64,000 nucleotides of DNA from Camelus ferus (taxonomy: Eukaryota), in assembly GCF_009834535.1 (NCBI RefSeq), contig NC_045697.1, positions 14,820,001-14,884,000 of the forward strand, given 5' to 3'. Numbering within the stretch: position 1 is the stretch's first letter; each line of letters starts with the position of its first letter. This document shows, piece by piece, positions 10,668 through 23,649 of this stretch. The notes below the pieces were generated by a model. It did no database searches. It was given only the letters and a program-made list of their open reading frames with translations, and was not told the origin of the DNA. The translations under genes and the position numbers were made by a program.

Positions 10668-12939
10668 CGACTGCAAAGGAGGGAATACTCCGAAACTCAT
10701 TCTATGAAGCCACCATAACTGTGATACCAAAACCAGGCAAAGACACTACAAAAAAAGAGAATTATAGGCCAATATCACTGATGAACATAGACACCAAAAT
10801 CCTCACCAAAATTTTAGCAAATAGAATCCAATAACACATAAAAAAGATTATACATCATGACCAAGTGGGGTTCATCCCAGGGACACAAGGGTGGTTCAAC
10901 ATATGCAAATCAATCAATGTAATACATCACATCAACAAGAGAAAGGACAAAAACCACATGATCATCTCAATCGATGCAGAAAAAGCATTTGATAAAATTC
11001 AACACCCGTTTATGATAAAAACTCTCACCAAAGTGGGTATAGAGGGAACATATCTCAACATCATAAAAGCTATATATGACAAACCTACAGCTAGCATAGT
11101 ACTCAACGGTGAAAAACTCAAAAGCTTCCCACTAAAATCTGGGACAAGACAAGGATGCCCACTATCACCACTCCTATTCAACATAGTCCTGGAAGTCCTA
11201 GCCACAGCAATCAGGCAAGAGAGAGAAATAAAAGGGATCCAAATTGGAAAAGGAGAGGTAAAAGTGTCACTATATGCCAACAACATGTTACCATATATAG
11301 AAAACCCTAAAAGGTCCACACAAAAACTACTAGAGCTGATCGAAGAATTCAGCAAGGTAGCAGGTTACAAGATTAACGTTCAAAAATCAGTTGCATTTCT
11401 TTACACTAACGATGAATCAACAGAAAAAGAAAGTAAAGAAACAATCCCCTTTAAAATAGCACCCAAAGTAATAAAATATCTGGGAATAAATCTAACCAAG
11501 GAGGTGAAAGAATTATACACAGAAAACTATAAACCATTGATGAAGGAAATTAAAGAAGACTTTAAAAAATGGAAAGATATCCCATGCTCTTGGATTGGAA
11601 GAATCAATATTGTTAAAATGGTCACACTGCCCAAGGCAATCTACAGATTTAATGCAATCCCCATCCAATTACCCAGGACATATTTCACAGAACTAGAAAA
11701 AATCATAATAAAATTCATATGGAACCATCAAAGACCTAGAATTGCCAAAGCATTACTGAAGAGAAAGAAAGAGGCTGGAGGAATAACTCTCCCAGACTTC
11801 AGACAATACTATAGAGCTACAGTCATCAAGACAGCATGGTATTAGTACCAAAACAGACATATAGACTAATGGAACAGAATAGAGAGCCCAGAAATGAACC
11901 CACAAACTTTTGGTCAACTCATCTTCGACAAAGGAGGCAAGAATATACAATGGAATAAAGACAGTCTCTTCAGCAAATGGTGTTCGGAAAACTGGACAGC
12001 AGCATGTAAAACAATGAAGCTAGAACACTCTCTTACACCATATACAAAAATCAACTCAAAATGGATCAAAGACTTAAACATAAGACAAGATACAATAAAC
12101 CTTCTAGAGGAAAACATAGGCAAAACATTATCTGACATACATCTCAAAAATTTTCTCCTAGAAGAAATAAAAGCAAGAATAAACAAATGGGACCTAATGA
12201 AACTTACAAGCTTCTGCACAGCAAAAGAAACCAGAAGTAAAACAAAAAGATAACCTATGGAATGGGAAAAAATTGATCTCCAGAATATATAAGCAGCTCA
12301 TACAACTCAACAACAAGAAAATAAACAACCCAACCCAAAAATAGGCAGAAGACCTAAACAAGCAATTCTCCAAGGAAGACATACAAATGATCAAAAGGCA
12401 CATGAAAAAAATGCTCAATATCACTAATTATCAGAGAAATGCAAATCAAAACTACAACGAGGTATCACCTCACACCACTCAGAATGGCCGTCATTCAAAA
12501 ATCCACAAATGGCAAATGCTGGAGAGGCTGTGGAGGAAGAGGAACCCTCCTACATTGCTGGTGGGAATGCAGTTTGGTGCAGCCACTATGGAAAACAGTG
12601 TGGAGATTCCTCAAAAGACTAGGAATAGACTTACCATATGACCCAGGAATCCCACTCCTGGGCTTGTATCCAGAAGGAACCCTACTTCAGGATGACACCT
12701 GCACCCCAATGTTCATAGCAGCACTGTTTACAATAGCCAAAACATGGAAACAGCCTAAACGTCCATCAACAGATGACTTGATAAAGAAGAAGTGGTATAT
12801 TTATACAATGGAATACTACTCAGCCATAAAAACCAACAACATAATGCCATTTGCAGCAACATGGATGCTCCTGGAGAATGTCATTCTAAGTGAAGTAAGC
12901 CAGAAAGAGAAAGAAAAATACCATATGAGATCGCTCTAA
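10668..12939 (+). pseudogene. Disrupted L1 ORF2 (reverse transcriptase and C-terminal Cys-rich region; endonuclease missing)
   Basis: Motifs [36 protein letters not shown] and CWRGC-x7-HCWWEC. In-frame stops at 10832, 11843, 11867 and 12251; frame changes at ~12275-12411; catalytic YADD reads YANN (11273-11284). Confidence 0.95.
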
Positions 12940-13270
12940 AAAACAAAAACAAACAAACAAATAAACAAAAACAAAGAGTAAATATAGGACAGAAATAGAC
13001 TCACAGACAGAGAATACAGACTTGTGGTTGCCAGGGGGGCGGAGGGTGGGAAGGGATAGACTGGGATTTCAGAATTGTAGAATGGATAAACAAGATTATA
13101 CTGTATAGCACAGGGAAATATATATGAAATGTTATGGTAGCTCACAGAGAAAAAAATGTGACAATGAGTGTGTATATGTCCATGTATGACTGAAAAATTG
13201 TGCTGAACACTGGAATTTGACACAACATTGTAAAATGATTATAAATCAATAAAAAATATTAAAAAAAAAA
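10668..13270 (+). mobile_element. 5'-truncated LINE-1 (RT domain through 3' UTR and poly(A)), lineage-specific and relatively young
   Basis: ORF2 homology. TSD AAACAGTGGACT at 10656-10667 and 13273-13284, with TT/AAAAA endonuclease site at 10652-10658. G-rich 3' UTR tract 13034-13055; AATAAA 13248-13253; A-tail 13261-13271. Confidence 0.97.
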
Positions 13271-13424
13271 ACAAACAGTGGACTAGGCTGCTCTTATCCA
13301 GTCCTTTATTTGGGTCGCATCTGTTCATGAAACACATCTCAGGGAACAAATAAAATACGTAAGAAAGTGTAAGAAATAGTTCCTGTATCTGTTATTCAGC
13401 CAGATCTCTAGTTCACCTATTTTA

Positions 13425-13690
13425 TAATGATGACAGCAGTAACAACTAACATTTATTGAGCTAAAGTGCTAAACATTTTATACATGAAATCTCACTGAAT
13501 CCTCTCAGTTGCTCTTTAAGATAGGTTCTTTTTTTTTAACCTCCTTTTTGCAAATGAGGAAACAGGCTCAGAGAAGTTAAGTAACTTGTTCCAGACCACA
13601 CAGCAGTTGGTGAGAACTTGCTCAAGAGTAGTCAGTGAGTGGTGAAGTCATGATTTAGATGCTTGTTCATCTGATTCTATGTTCCATCCT
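13425..13690 (-). mobile_element. MIR SINE
   Basis: AACATTTATTGAGC...AAATGAGGAAACAGGCTCAGAGAAGTTAAGTAACTTG is the reverse of the MIR core. Confidence 0.8.
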
Positions 13691-16684
13691 CTTACCCTCA
13701 TCCTTCCAGTCCCTCAAATCCTTGGGTGTTGTACTCTGAAGACTGTCCCATGCTTGCAGCCCTCCTTGATCCAATCACTACCAAGTTGGATATGCTTCTC
13801 AAGCTGTAGCCCTGAGCCCCTCTCTTGAGCATGATTTCAGGCTTGCTTTCTGGTCCCAGGTCCCCACAACTGTGGATAAAAGATGTTTCTCAAACCTTGC
13901 CCTAGCCCTGCGGGGCCTGACCTTTCTGCATAAATGTGTCTACAGTGAACTAGGAGTGCTTGTCCCTCTGCTTTTATCACCAACAGCACTAGCATTAGGA
14001 AAATCACCAGGTGCCTACATTTTTCATCTGTAAAATAAAAATCTGCAGTATGCTTACAAGTTATATAGCTCTTCTGGAAATGAGAAAATTGAACTTTTCA
14101 AATTTTTGGTTGCAAGCTGTGCTGTAAAACATCATTACTGATTTTTTGACATGCACTTTCTGGTCTTTGTAATTCAAAGATGATGGTTTTGACTATCACC
14201 ACTATCATTCTGAACAGCAGGAGCACAAAAGAGAGACCAAAGCTTGAGGCAGCTGCATCCCTCACCTGAAGGGTGAGGTAAAATGCTTTCTTTGGGATTT
14301 GAAGTGCATACTTAGGAATTGTCTGCACTCCTTTTCCATAGCATTTAGGAATCTGTAAGGTTGTAGCCTAAGGACGTAGGGACAGAGACCATAAAGGCTG
14401 GTACACTAATTTCCAAAATCAGAAAGTAAATACTCAGGGCTCAGAAAGTGCTCTCCTGTTAGCTACCATTTTGATTTCAGAGACTAGATACCTGATGAAA
14501 TGTGAGAGTTTTTGGTTGTGGTGGCTGGGAGGATAAAGTGGGGCTAAGCTTACAGAGCAGCAGTTATTCATCTTTAGACCAAGAAAATGTGAGCCCAATT
14601 AGATCTCTGTATCTTAATAACCCTTCTTTTGCAATTCTCGTTAACACTTCATTTAAGTAACGTTATAAGTATTGTACCCTCAATTAGACTTTTTATCTTC
14701 AAACACATTACACCCACAACAACCATGTTACTTAAAAATAAAATCTTAAAATCATTTATGTATTGATTCTTCTACCTATCAATGCAGCCAAACAAATATG
14801 TTTATTAAACAGACATTTGTCAACAGCCCAATAAGTGCAAGGTGCTAGGAGTTTAAAACTAAGTGGCATGGTTTCTGGCAAGAGGGATACCCATTAGGAA
14901 TTTATGAAAGGCAGAATTCTATTATACAATGTGATGAGAGCTATAACAGTGGTGTGTAGAAACTGTTCTGAGAAAAGACATTTGGACAGAGTACTCATAC
15001 ACAGGAGACATCAATAAATGTGTTGGATGCAAGAACACGTATCCGTAGGTCGTAGATGGAAGAATCTTAATTAAGATAGAACCTCATTTTAAACTTGAGT
15101 TTTTACAATATAAGATATGCATTTCATACGATTGAAACAAATTAATGCATGGATAACAAGCAAATACATCTATGTTATGGGAGGGGAAGATGTCAGAAAA
15201 ATAAAGAAAATCTCAACCACCACAAAAGCAAGTAAATCAAATAAATTAACTGTAATTAAAGATCACACGGGATAAGAACAATTAAAGTCATATAAGGAAG
15301 AGGTGGATGATTTCATAGCATGAAGAGCACTATTGGTCAGGGCCATTCATCTTGGGAGGAAAAAAATGCATGCATTGGACCTTGAAGGTGTGCGATTTTT
15401 GCAAAGGGCAAAGTCAGGAAAGGACATTGCAAGTGAATGCAAAATAGCACAATAAAGGCAAGGAGGTGGGTAATTATGGGATCTGTCATTTAGGCAGGGG
15501 TTCCAGGATGGAAGGGAAAGCTGGAAATGCAGGTTTGTGCTGAAGGAGAGAAGAATTTTTCAAGGGTTTAGATTCTACAGTGAACAACAGCAACATGTTA
15601 CAGTGTTTTGGGCCAAGGACTACCATGATTATCTCTAAAGTCTGAAGATGTCAAACAATACTCTTTATTTTCCAGATTATAATTTTAAAAAATTGAACCT
15701 TTCCCATTCCTGAAATAGTTGTTATTTTTATCATCACATTTAGACTGACTGTTCTGAAATGATCTGCAATTCGTTTCCTACTCTATTTTATTCTTTCACC
15801 CAATAGCTATTTATTCTGTCTCTGTTGTTGTTATTAACCTTGGCAGTGTTTAGTATTTATCTAAAACAACTTTGGAACAGAAATTATTCAGATTAGCAAT
15901 AATTCAAAGCCTGAGATCTGGATAATGTATTTGTGTCCATTAAGGAAACATTCATATCTCAATTTTAAATAGCTCCTATCCATCCGTCAAACTCAAGAAT
16001 ACTCATATTCTAAAATATCTGAAATTAGAAATGTTAACTTTTATGCAGCTTATTCTGTTGTTATTTCTCTCATGGTGACCATTCTGGCTGACTCTAGACT
16101 ATAAATAAGTGATTGGCTGGTGTAAAATACCTAACCATGTATATGTTCTTAAAGGCTGCTTGAGCATCCTATCATTGCATAGACAGTCCTTTGATGTAAG
16201 CAATAGATTTGAGGTCTAGGAACTGAATTTTCCACACATATCTGTTAAGAGAAATGCAGCTACTATTCTCTTAATGGTTAAGTGCACCCTCAAATATACA
16301 CGGCTTGAATGCTATTGCTGAATACATTGTGCTCAGTCAGCTAACCCAGGGGCGACAAAAAAGAAACTCTTCCATGGCTGGTTGGCAGACAAGAAGCCAC
16401 GTCTTCTGAAACATTGTAAAGCTCTCTGGCCCACAACCTGCAGGGGATGCTGCACTGCAATGAGACTATCATGAATCCTTCCAAATTTCAGCCACTCAAG
16501 CAATTGTGTCTACCTCATATGGAAATCTCCCTTGTAGCCTTGTCTTTAGAAGAAGAGCAAAGCCAGAGGGAAAGCAAGAAGGGATCCCCGAGGTTTGAGA
16601 GCTCAAGATTCTTGCTTCGGTGCTCAGAGGGCCACGGCCAGGGTAGAAGAGCCAGGGCAGTAAGCATGAGAACACAACACGTAC

Positions 16685-16811
16685 TTGGGCGGCGTAGCTC
16701 AGGAAAGTGATGACGGCATGCCACATAGCTAGCCCTTGAACTCCGAGACAGCTTTTATCCTAAGATTGAGGAAAATCCCATTTTTGCCCTCCAGTACCTC
16801 TCTGCTTAACG
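16685..16811 (-). other. Candidate 127-nt exon of an unidentified minus-strand transcript
   Basis: Acceptor GCTGATTTTTCTCCTTCCTCATCCCTAG|C, donor CAA|GTACGT, and local CpG enrichment. No frame is open end to end. Confidence 0.3.
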
Positions 16812-18099
16812 CTAGGGATGAGGAAGGAGAAAAATCAGCCCCAACTCCACGGTCCCTGGTCTTTATTCAGGGGAAAACGAAGAATCAGAGAGAGAGAGAG
16901 AGAGATGGTTCCAGTTTACAGTATCTCAACCACATCTCAAATAAACAAACACAAAAACAAAAAACATCTAGCCTTACCTTTGGCCAAGTTACCCGTAAGT
17001 AGGCTGGGGAAGTAAATTCATCACCTGGGTCCTTATACCTCTTTTGCCCTGTCTGCACTTTCTATTCCCACTCCCTTCTATCCTACTTTGTATTACTTTG
17101 CTTACTTTTTCTTTATCTGCTTTTGTTTTATTCTCTTTATCAGGGTCTTAGCCAAGCATTCCTCTACAAGCTAGAGACCCCACAAAATTGGACATACTCA
17201 TTGCCTTTCAAGAACTCAAAAGACGGTGGTGACAAAAGATGGTGGTGATCAAAATCAAGACTGGGTCAGGATACTCATTTCTGGCAAAGTCAGACATTTT
17301 ATATTCAGAAGCATTTTATAACTTGGAGAATATTTAACATTTCTAAAAGGTTTTGATAAGAATGTCTCCTGACCGGTGTGGCTGTGTCAAAACCAGACAC
17401 ATGATGGAAATCCATGGCTCCATGGGGAGCCTGCAGTAGTGGAAATGCATCTGTATAGGAATTCTTATTAAAGGAAGACACAGAAATACATTTTACCTGT
17501 CAGGAAATTTTTAAGTCTACATATGCAAAGTCAAGGCTGTTACAAGCCTGTAAACACAGAGTCTGCTGGGAACATTCACAAGCTGACATCTTCCCATGTC
17601 TGCTGTGTTTGATCCAAGATAGAAAATATGCAAGTGATTCCCCAAAGACTCTCTATACAAACAGGACTGTAGCATTTGTTTGTAACTGGCAGAGATGCTG
17701 AAATAAAAATATTTTTAACTCTCAACACTTCCTCCAGGCTGAGATAAAGTGCTATTTCAAATTGGTCAGCCTGGGTGTTGGAAAGAAGGTCAGATTTGAA
17801 TTCAGAAAGATGTGAGTTTGAATCCAGGCTCCTTTACTGTCAGTCTGAGACTTTGTAAGGTGCACTTTGATTGGGGTAGTGATAGCTAATGAGGTGAGTG
17901 TGATGAATGGAAAAGTATTATTGGTGTGACTTAGAATTTAAGAAATTTTCACTAAAGAAAATATATGATGATTAAACAATACATAAGAATAAAGCTCGTA
18001 TTTGTGGATAAAGCTTATTCTCCTAGTGATATCTAAAATTATGTGTAATTAAGTAAAGCACGTCACATATACATGCATAAGAGAAACATGTTCCAAGGA

Positions 18100-18350
18100 A
18101 AAATAGCTAAAATAGATAATAAGATGTATACTGTATGCCAGGACCTGTTCTAAATAATTTATACGTTTTAAGGTATCCATTTTTTACTAAGTCCAATTGT
18201 TATTTAAATACTATATTTACTTTACAGTTGTGGTAACTAAGACGCAGTAAAGTAAAGTAATTCACCCATCATCGCACAGGGAGTCAGTGCTGTGGCTAAG
18301 GAGACTCAGACAGCCTGGTAGTAGAGACCATGCATTTACTTATGGAACTG
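18100..18350 (-). mobile_element. MIR SINE
   Basis: TACTGTATGCCAGGACCTGTTCTAAA; TTTTACAGTTGTGGTAACTAAGACGCAG; AAGTAATTCACCC. Confidence 0.65.
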
Positions 18351-18617
18351 TACTTCCTGGACCACTGCTGAACAGTCAACAGTTTTTGTTAGAGAAGAAA
18401 GGAGCCCCATACAGTGTCAATTTAACTAAGATCCTTGCCCCAGAGTTTTAAGATGAAAAGAAAAAAAAGAAAGAAAAACTGATATAATACTTCAAGTGTC
18501 TGTGAGGTTAACTGGTAGAACACTGCAGTAGAGTCAGTATGTGCTCCAGATCATACGGGTCAGATAAGAAGAAGAGAGAGTAAATTTGGAGTGGTCAAGA
18601 ACAGTCTTCATTCATTT

Positions 18618-18677
18618 GCCCACCCATCCATCCATCCGTCCACCCATCCACCCATCCACCCATCCACCCATCCATCC
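18618..18677. repeat. (CCAT/CCAC)n tetranucleotide-type repeat
   Basis: CCCACCCATCCATCCATCCGTCCACCCATCCACCCATCC... Confidence 0.9.
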
Positions 18678-18689
18678 TTTCTGACTGTA

Positions 18690-18925
18690 GTAAAGTGATG
18701 CAGAGCAAACTTTTAGAGTTAGGTAAACCTCAATTCTAGTTCCAGCTTTATCACTCACTAATTGTGTGATCTTGAGAAAGATTATCTGATTGAATCTCCT
18801 AAAGTACAAATCTTTTTTATAAAGTATTTTTCAATGGGATAATATGAGAATTAAATAGCATGATGTTTGTAGACTTCTCCTAAGCACAGTATCTACAAAA
18901 TTAAACTCAATAAATGATGGATATC
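18690..18925 (+). mobile_element. MIR SINE
   Basis: CCAGCTTTATCACTCACTAATTGTGTGATCTTGAG; TGAGAATTAAATAG; CTCAATAAATG. Confidence 0.65.
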
Positions 18926-19504
18926 AACATTAATATTCAGGCTTTCATATGTCAGGCACTGAATTATGTTCTGAAGATACAAATATGGGTAAGACACACG
19001 CCTTGCTCTCTCTGAGATCCAGTGGTCTAGTAGGGATATGGCATAAGTGTGATAAATGTGGAATGGTTAATTCTACCAGGGTTTAGGTAAAAAAGAATCA
19101 GGAATGGAAAAATAATGATGATAATTTGTTGAAATTTTCTGAAATACCAGGCACTGAGATAAGTGCTTAGGCCTCTCACTTGCTATCTCATTTAATTTTC
19201 ATTATGACCCCACAAAGTAAGAACTAATGTTATTTCTATTCTAAAATGAAAAAAAAAGTAGGTTTAGAGAAATGAAGTTATCTGCCCAGAGTCATATGCT
19301 CAGGGATAGAAGAGTGCAGATCTTACCCCAAGTTATCCGTAAAACTGAAAAATGAACAAGGCAGCCTTTAAGCTGTATCTTAAATGATGACCAGGCATTC
19401 TTAAGCAGACAGGTAGGAAAAGGTATTCAGGACTCAGAAATCAGTAAGAAAAATGACAAAAGAAAATCAAACCATGTGATACATTTAGGAACTCTGGGTA
19501 ACTC

Positions 19505-19655
19505 AGTATTCATTCAAGGACTACTTACTTAGGGTCCATGATGTGCCAGGGGCTTTTTTAGATAGTGGACATATGAACCTATAAGAGACATAGACTGAAA
19601 TTCCTACCTGGGTGGAATTTATTCTCTTGGAAAGAGACACCCGAAGTAGCACATA

Positions 19656-19694
<39 letters not shown>

Positions 19695-20400
19695 AAGTCC
19701 TGTATAAAGTAAAATACAAAGAAAACCAGTAAAATATAAAACCTATGTTCTAAGTGCTATTGAGAAAAATGAAGCAGGAAGGAAGTCAGAGTATGCTGAG
19801 AGCAGGGAAATTTTCTGATTTTAAATAGTCAGGGAAGACTTAGTGAAGTAGATGACCTAAGAATCAAGCTCTGAAGGTGTGAGAGTGAGCCATTCAAGAT
19901 ACCTCTGGGAAAAGTTTGCCAGGTCGAGGAGACAGCACCTGAAAAAGTCCAACAAGGAAGTGTGACAGGCGTGACTGTGGAACAGACAGGAAGTCACTGG
20001 ATTTGGCAACATGGAGAACACTGGTGATCTTGATAGGAGCATCTCAAAGAGATTGGTCTGAGCAAAATTCTGATCAGAGAGAGCTTGAAAGATAGATGGG
20101 AGAGAAAAACTAGAGACTATGAACTTAGGTAAGCATCCTTTTTTGGAGGAAGCAACAAAACAGGACAGAAGTGAGGTGAAGAAAAGCTTTTCCACCTGAA
20201 CATAGAGAGAAAAAAAATGGTGATGAAGCAGAGAAAGGGGAGATTCTAGAGCAAAAATCTTGACTAGTGGGAGGGGCAGGAATCACAGCCACAAGTTGGC
20301 TGGAGTATAAGCTGTATACACATGTATTGATGGAGAGAGGGATGGAAACCAAATAAGGCAGTTCGGTAGAGATTTGATGAGAGTTTTGTAGGGACCAAAT
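19505..20400 (-). mobile_element. L2 LINE fragments (3' end, antisense), containing the (AC)16
   Basis: ATTCATTCAA...TGTGCCAGG; AGGGAAGACTTAGTGAAG; CAAGCTCTGAAGGTGTGAGAGTGAGCCAT. Confidence 0.6.
19659..19690. repeat. (AC)16 microsatellite
   Basis: Direct count. Confidence 0.95.
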
Positions 20401-20699
20401 TATGAAGGACCTTCCATGCCAGGCTCAGAGGTTTGGAATTTGTCCTTTTGAAACTAGGGTCTTAAAAAATTTCAGGGATGGGAATGAAATGTTGGAATGA
20501 GCTTCAACATGAAGGTGAGACTTGTGCTGAGCTTTGAGGCATTTATGGAGTTAGAAAAAAATGAGAGGGTAAAGGAAAGATTTAACCAAAAAGTCAACAA
20601 CAGTGATGACCCAGAATGAGAATGAGTTTGGTGCATGGGAAACTGGTAGAGAACAGGTCCTTCTGGGGAAGGACTAGGAAATAGGAATTATATAAGGAA

Positions 20700-20910
20700 G
20701 GCTCAGAATTAGCTTATTAGGTTCTGACTCCGCCAGAGTATATTGTAATATTGGGAATTTACCTAATTTCCCTTTATCTAATCACTCTTTATAGAAAAAT
20801 AGGGGTAATGATACTAGCTCCCCCATAAGGAGAATTACATTAAATAATATGTAAAAAGTATTACCCTGTGCCTGGCACACAGTAAATTTTCACAAAATGT
20901 TAGCCACTAC
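20700..20910 (+). mobile_element. MIR SINE
   Basis: AAAATAGGGGTAATGATAC; GTGCCTGGCACACAGTAAA; AAATGTTAGC. Confidence 0.65.
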
Positions 20911-23649
20911 TATATGTAGTATCTCAGGAGTTGGGAGAACAGGAGAGACTGGCCCCAGGTTTATGGATTATAATAGAAGGAAATATGATTGACAGCACTA
21001 GGATTTCAGGAGGCTGATTACATTACATAAATCTAAATATTGACCCCTAATATCCAAATTCATAATTTAAAAGGCCAAGGCTTATAGCAGAATTTATGTA
21101 GACTAACCCTTGAGATAATACAAAGGTCAGAATAGCTCTAAAAATTAATAATTAGGAGGTTTGAGCTTTGAAAATGAAAGGATATATGACTAGCTCTTAA
21201 AACTAAAAAAAGGTGTCATTTTAAATATACACAATGCCTGTCTCCATGCTGCTGCTAAATTTTCACTTTTTATGAATTCAAATAGGCTAGGAACAAAATG
21301 TAATGCTTCAGAAGAATGTTTGACTGATGGTCATTTCTCTGTAATGAGAATTATTTGAACGTGACAGCCAGCATCAACACGTTGAAGAAAGAATGACATA
21401 CCATGTCGCACTGCAGCCTCCTGCGGAAGGGCTCTTCACACTTGCCAGAAACCCGAATTACAAACAGAATCTTGTCTCACTTATCAAGAATAGATCACTA
21501 TCTATATGTTTCTTCATTTTATCTTAAAATTACTTATCTTTAATGTTAACATCTGCTCAATGAATCAAACTGGATAGAGAGTTCTTTTCTAAGTTTTCCA
21601 TTTCAGTAGCAATATATTTATCATTTTCCTCTGAGAAGCAGCCTCAGTTATCACTCAGTTCTGTTTTATGCATTAAAGATCACAGCAGGTAGGGTTTTAA
21701 AATGTAATCATAAGGTTCTGCTCTGTTTCTGGCTACTCAGTTAATATCTGCAACTAGAAGTAAGAAAATGACACTGATTTGGTTTTAAGATAACAGATTT
21801 AACTCTCAGCGTTAAGAAGTTTTGTCAAAGGGGACGTTGAATGGTAGTAAATTCATGAAATGTCATTCTTTGATCACAAAAACTACAAGGAGCATGAACA
21901 AAAATAAATCTTAAGAGGCTACCATAGGAGCAACTAGATAGTAGTTTTCAAGCAGATATCAGGTTTTGTTTTCAGTTCTTAAACTACTGGCTATCCCAAA
22001 ATGTTAAGGAGTGAATACAACAGCTTTAATCAGCTTACAAGTCAAATTTCATCCCCAAGTTGACAGGTTCCTGGGTAAAAAGGACACAATTTCTGAAAAT
22101 GTACTTTGTATGGTTGTGTTGTAAGAATTCAACTGAAATGGATGCAAGCCTACCAGATTATTGGGCATAACATGTAAGTTAAACATAATTTCTCCATTAA
22201 TTGGTCTTAATGTATCAGATAAAATGGCTCATTAAATAGATTGTATTGAAGAGCAAGTTTCCTAGTGGCAAATGAGTCTATGAGAATATCCTTAAAATAC
22301 AAGACTGTGATATAAGAAATTTTTGATGAAATTTAGAAAGCAGAGAAAGAAAGAGTTGCCAGTTTAATACAACGTGCAATCAAGATGATCTGGGGCACCT
22401 ACTGAGGTCTGTAAGACGGACATCGAGTGTTTGGTCCTTCTCAGCATCTATTTTCTTTTCTTTTGACAACAGAAGCTGGGTTTCTTTTGGGGAACTGTCT
22501 CTCTCCAATTGCACATTGTCATGTTATCTTGGTATCAGTGTGACTTAAGAGGAAGATTAAGGAACATACGGCCAGAAGACTGAGAGATCCATGGCCAGGC
22601 TCTGGCTCAGTGTAACCTTGGCTATGTCATGTAATCTTTGCAAAGATTTGATTTCTCATTGTTAGGATAAAACCAATGCCAGTACAAATACAAATACCTC
22701 GCAGGGCTGTTCTGAGGACGACATAAGTAATGCATGAGAAAGCACTGCTACACGGATATTAAGAATACCTAGGGGTTGCTTGCTGATGTAGACCAGCAGG
22801 ACCAACCTTGAGTGGAAAGCTTATTACAAGGTGGGAAAAAAATAAAAAGATGAAGACAACAATGAGTGAATTGTATGGTATGTAGATGACACTTTGATAG
22901 ACTGTTGTAAATGATGATGGCGGTTTATTTTTACTAATGAGTGGCCTTTCCATTATTGATATGAGGATAATAAATGTATCTTACGTAAAATAAGGGATCA
23001 AAGTAATGCCCATTTGACATCCCCCATGAACCAGGCTGACATTAGGGAGACACTGAATACCCCAGATAGACTGGCTTTGGCTTCCTGAGAATGGAGTGCA
23101 GCCTGGTGAGGGGCTTGGGAAGAGAGCCCTAAGCCTGCTTACCATTCACGTCTGGTGGGCGCTGCCAGGGAAGGCATTTCTTGCCGTTATTTTATACCAT
23201 CAAGGCCAATTTCGTTTCCCTTTTGTAAATGAGACAGAACCACTTGCCCACGGCATGTTACCTCAGGGCTGTACAGTACCCTAATGACAGACGACGTACA
23301 GCTTATTTTAGATTCACTTTTTTCCCTTAAACATCGTACACAGAAAAGAAGTGGTACAGAATTCAGAGGTAATGGGGAACAAAAAGCACTTGAGTGTTAA
23401 TTTAAGGAGTGTGCATAAACTTCATGCAGATTTAAATTTCCCAACAGCTTGCAAATGGGTTACTCAAAAATTCAAAAAAGCAGTTTCTGGAGGTACATTA
23501 GTCATAAAGACCACAGAATGTAGCTTTTTATGCTTCTTGTTTTCTTTTATATTCTGTCCCATCCTGACTCATACAGTCTACCAGGGTGGTACATGGGTGC
23601 TTGACTGCATCCAAGGATGTCTGTGGAAGCCGAGGCCTTCCAAAGTGGA

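Noticed and set aside
10999..13223. Minus-strand ORFs overlapping the L1
   Set aside because: These are typical antisense shadows of L1 ORF2 and its 3' UTR.
16687..16703. tRNA-like 5' end GGGCGGCGTAGCTCAGG
   Set aside because: The A box is incomplete, and there is no D-arm closure, B box or TSD.
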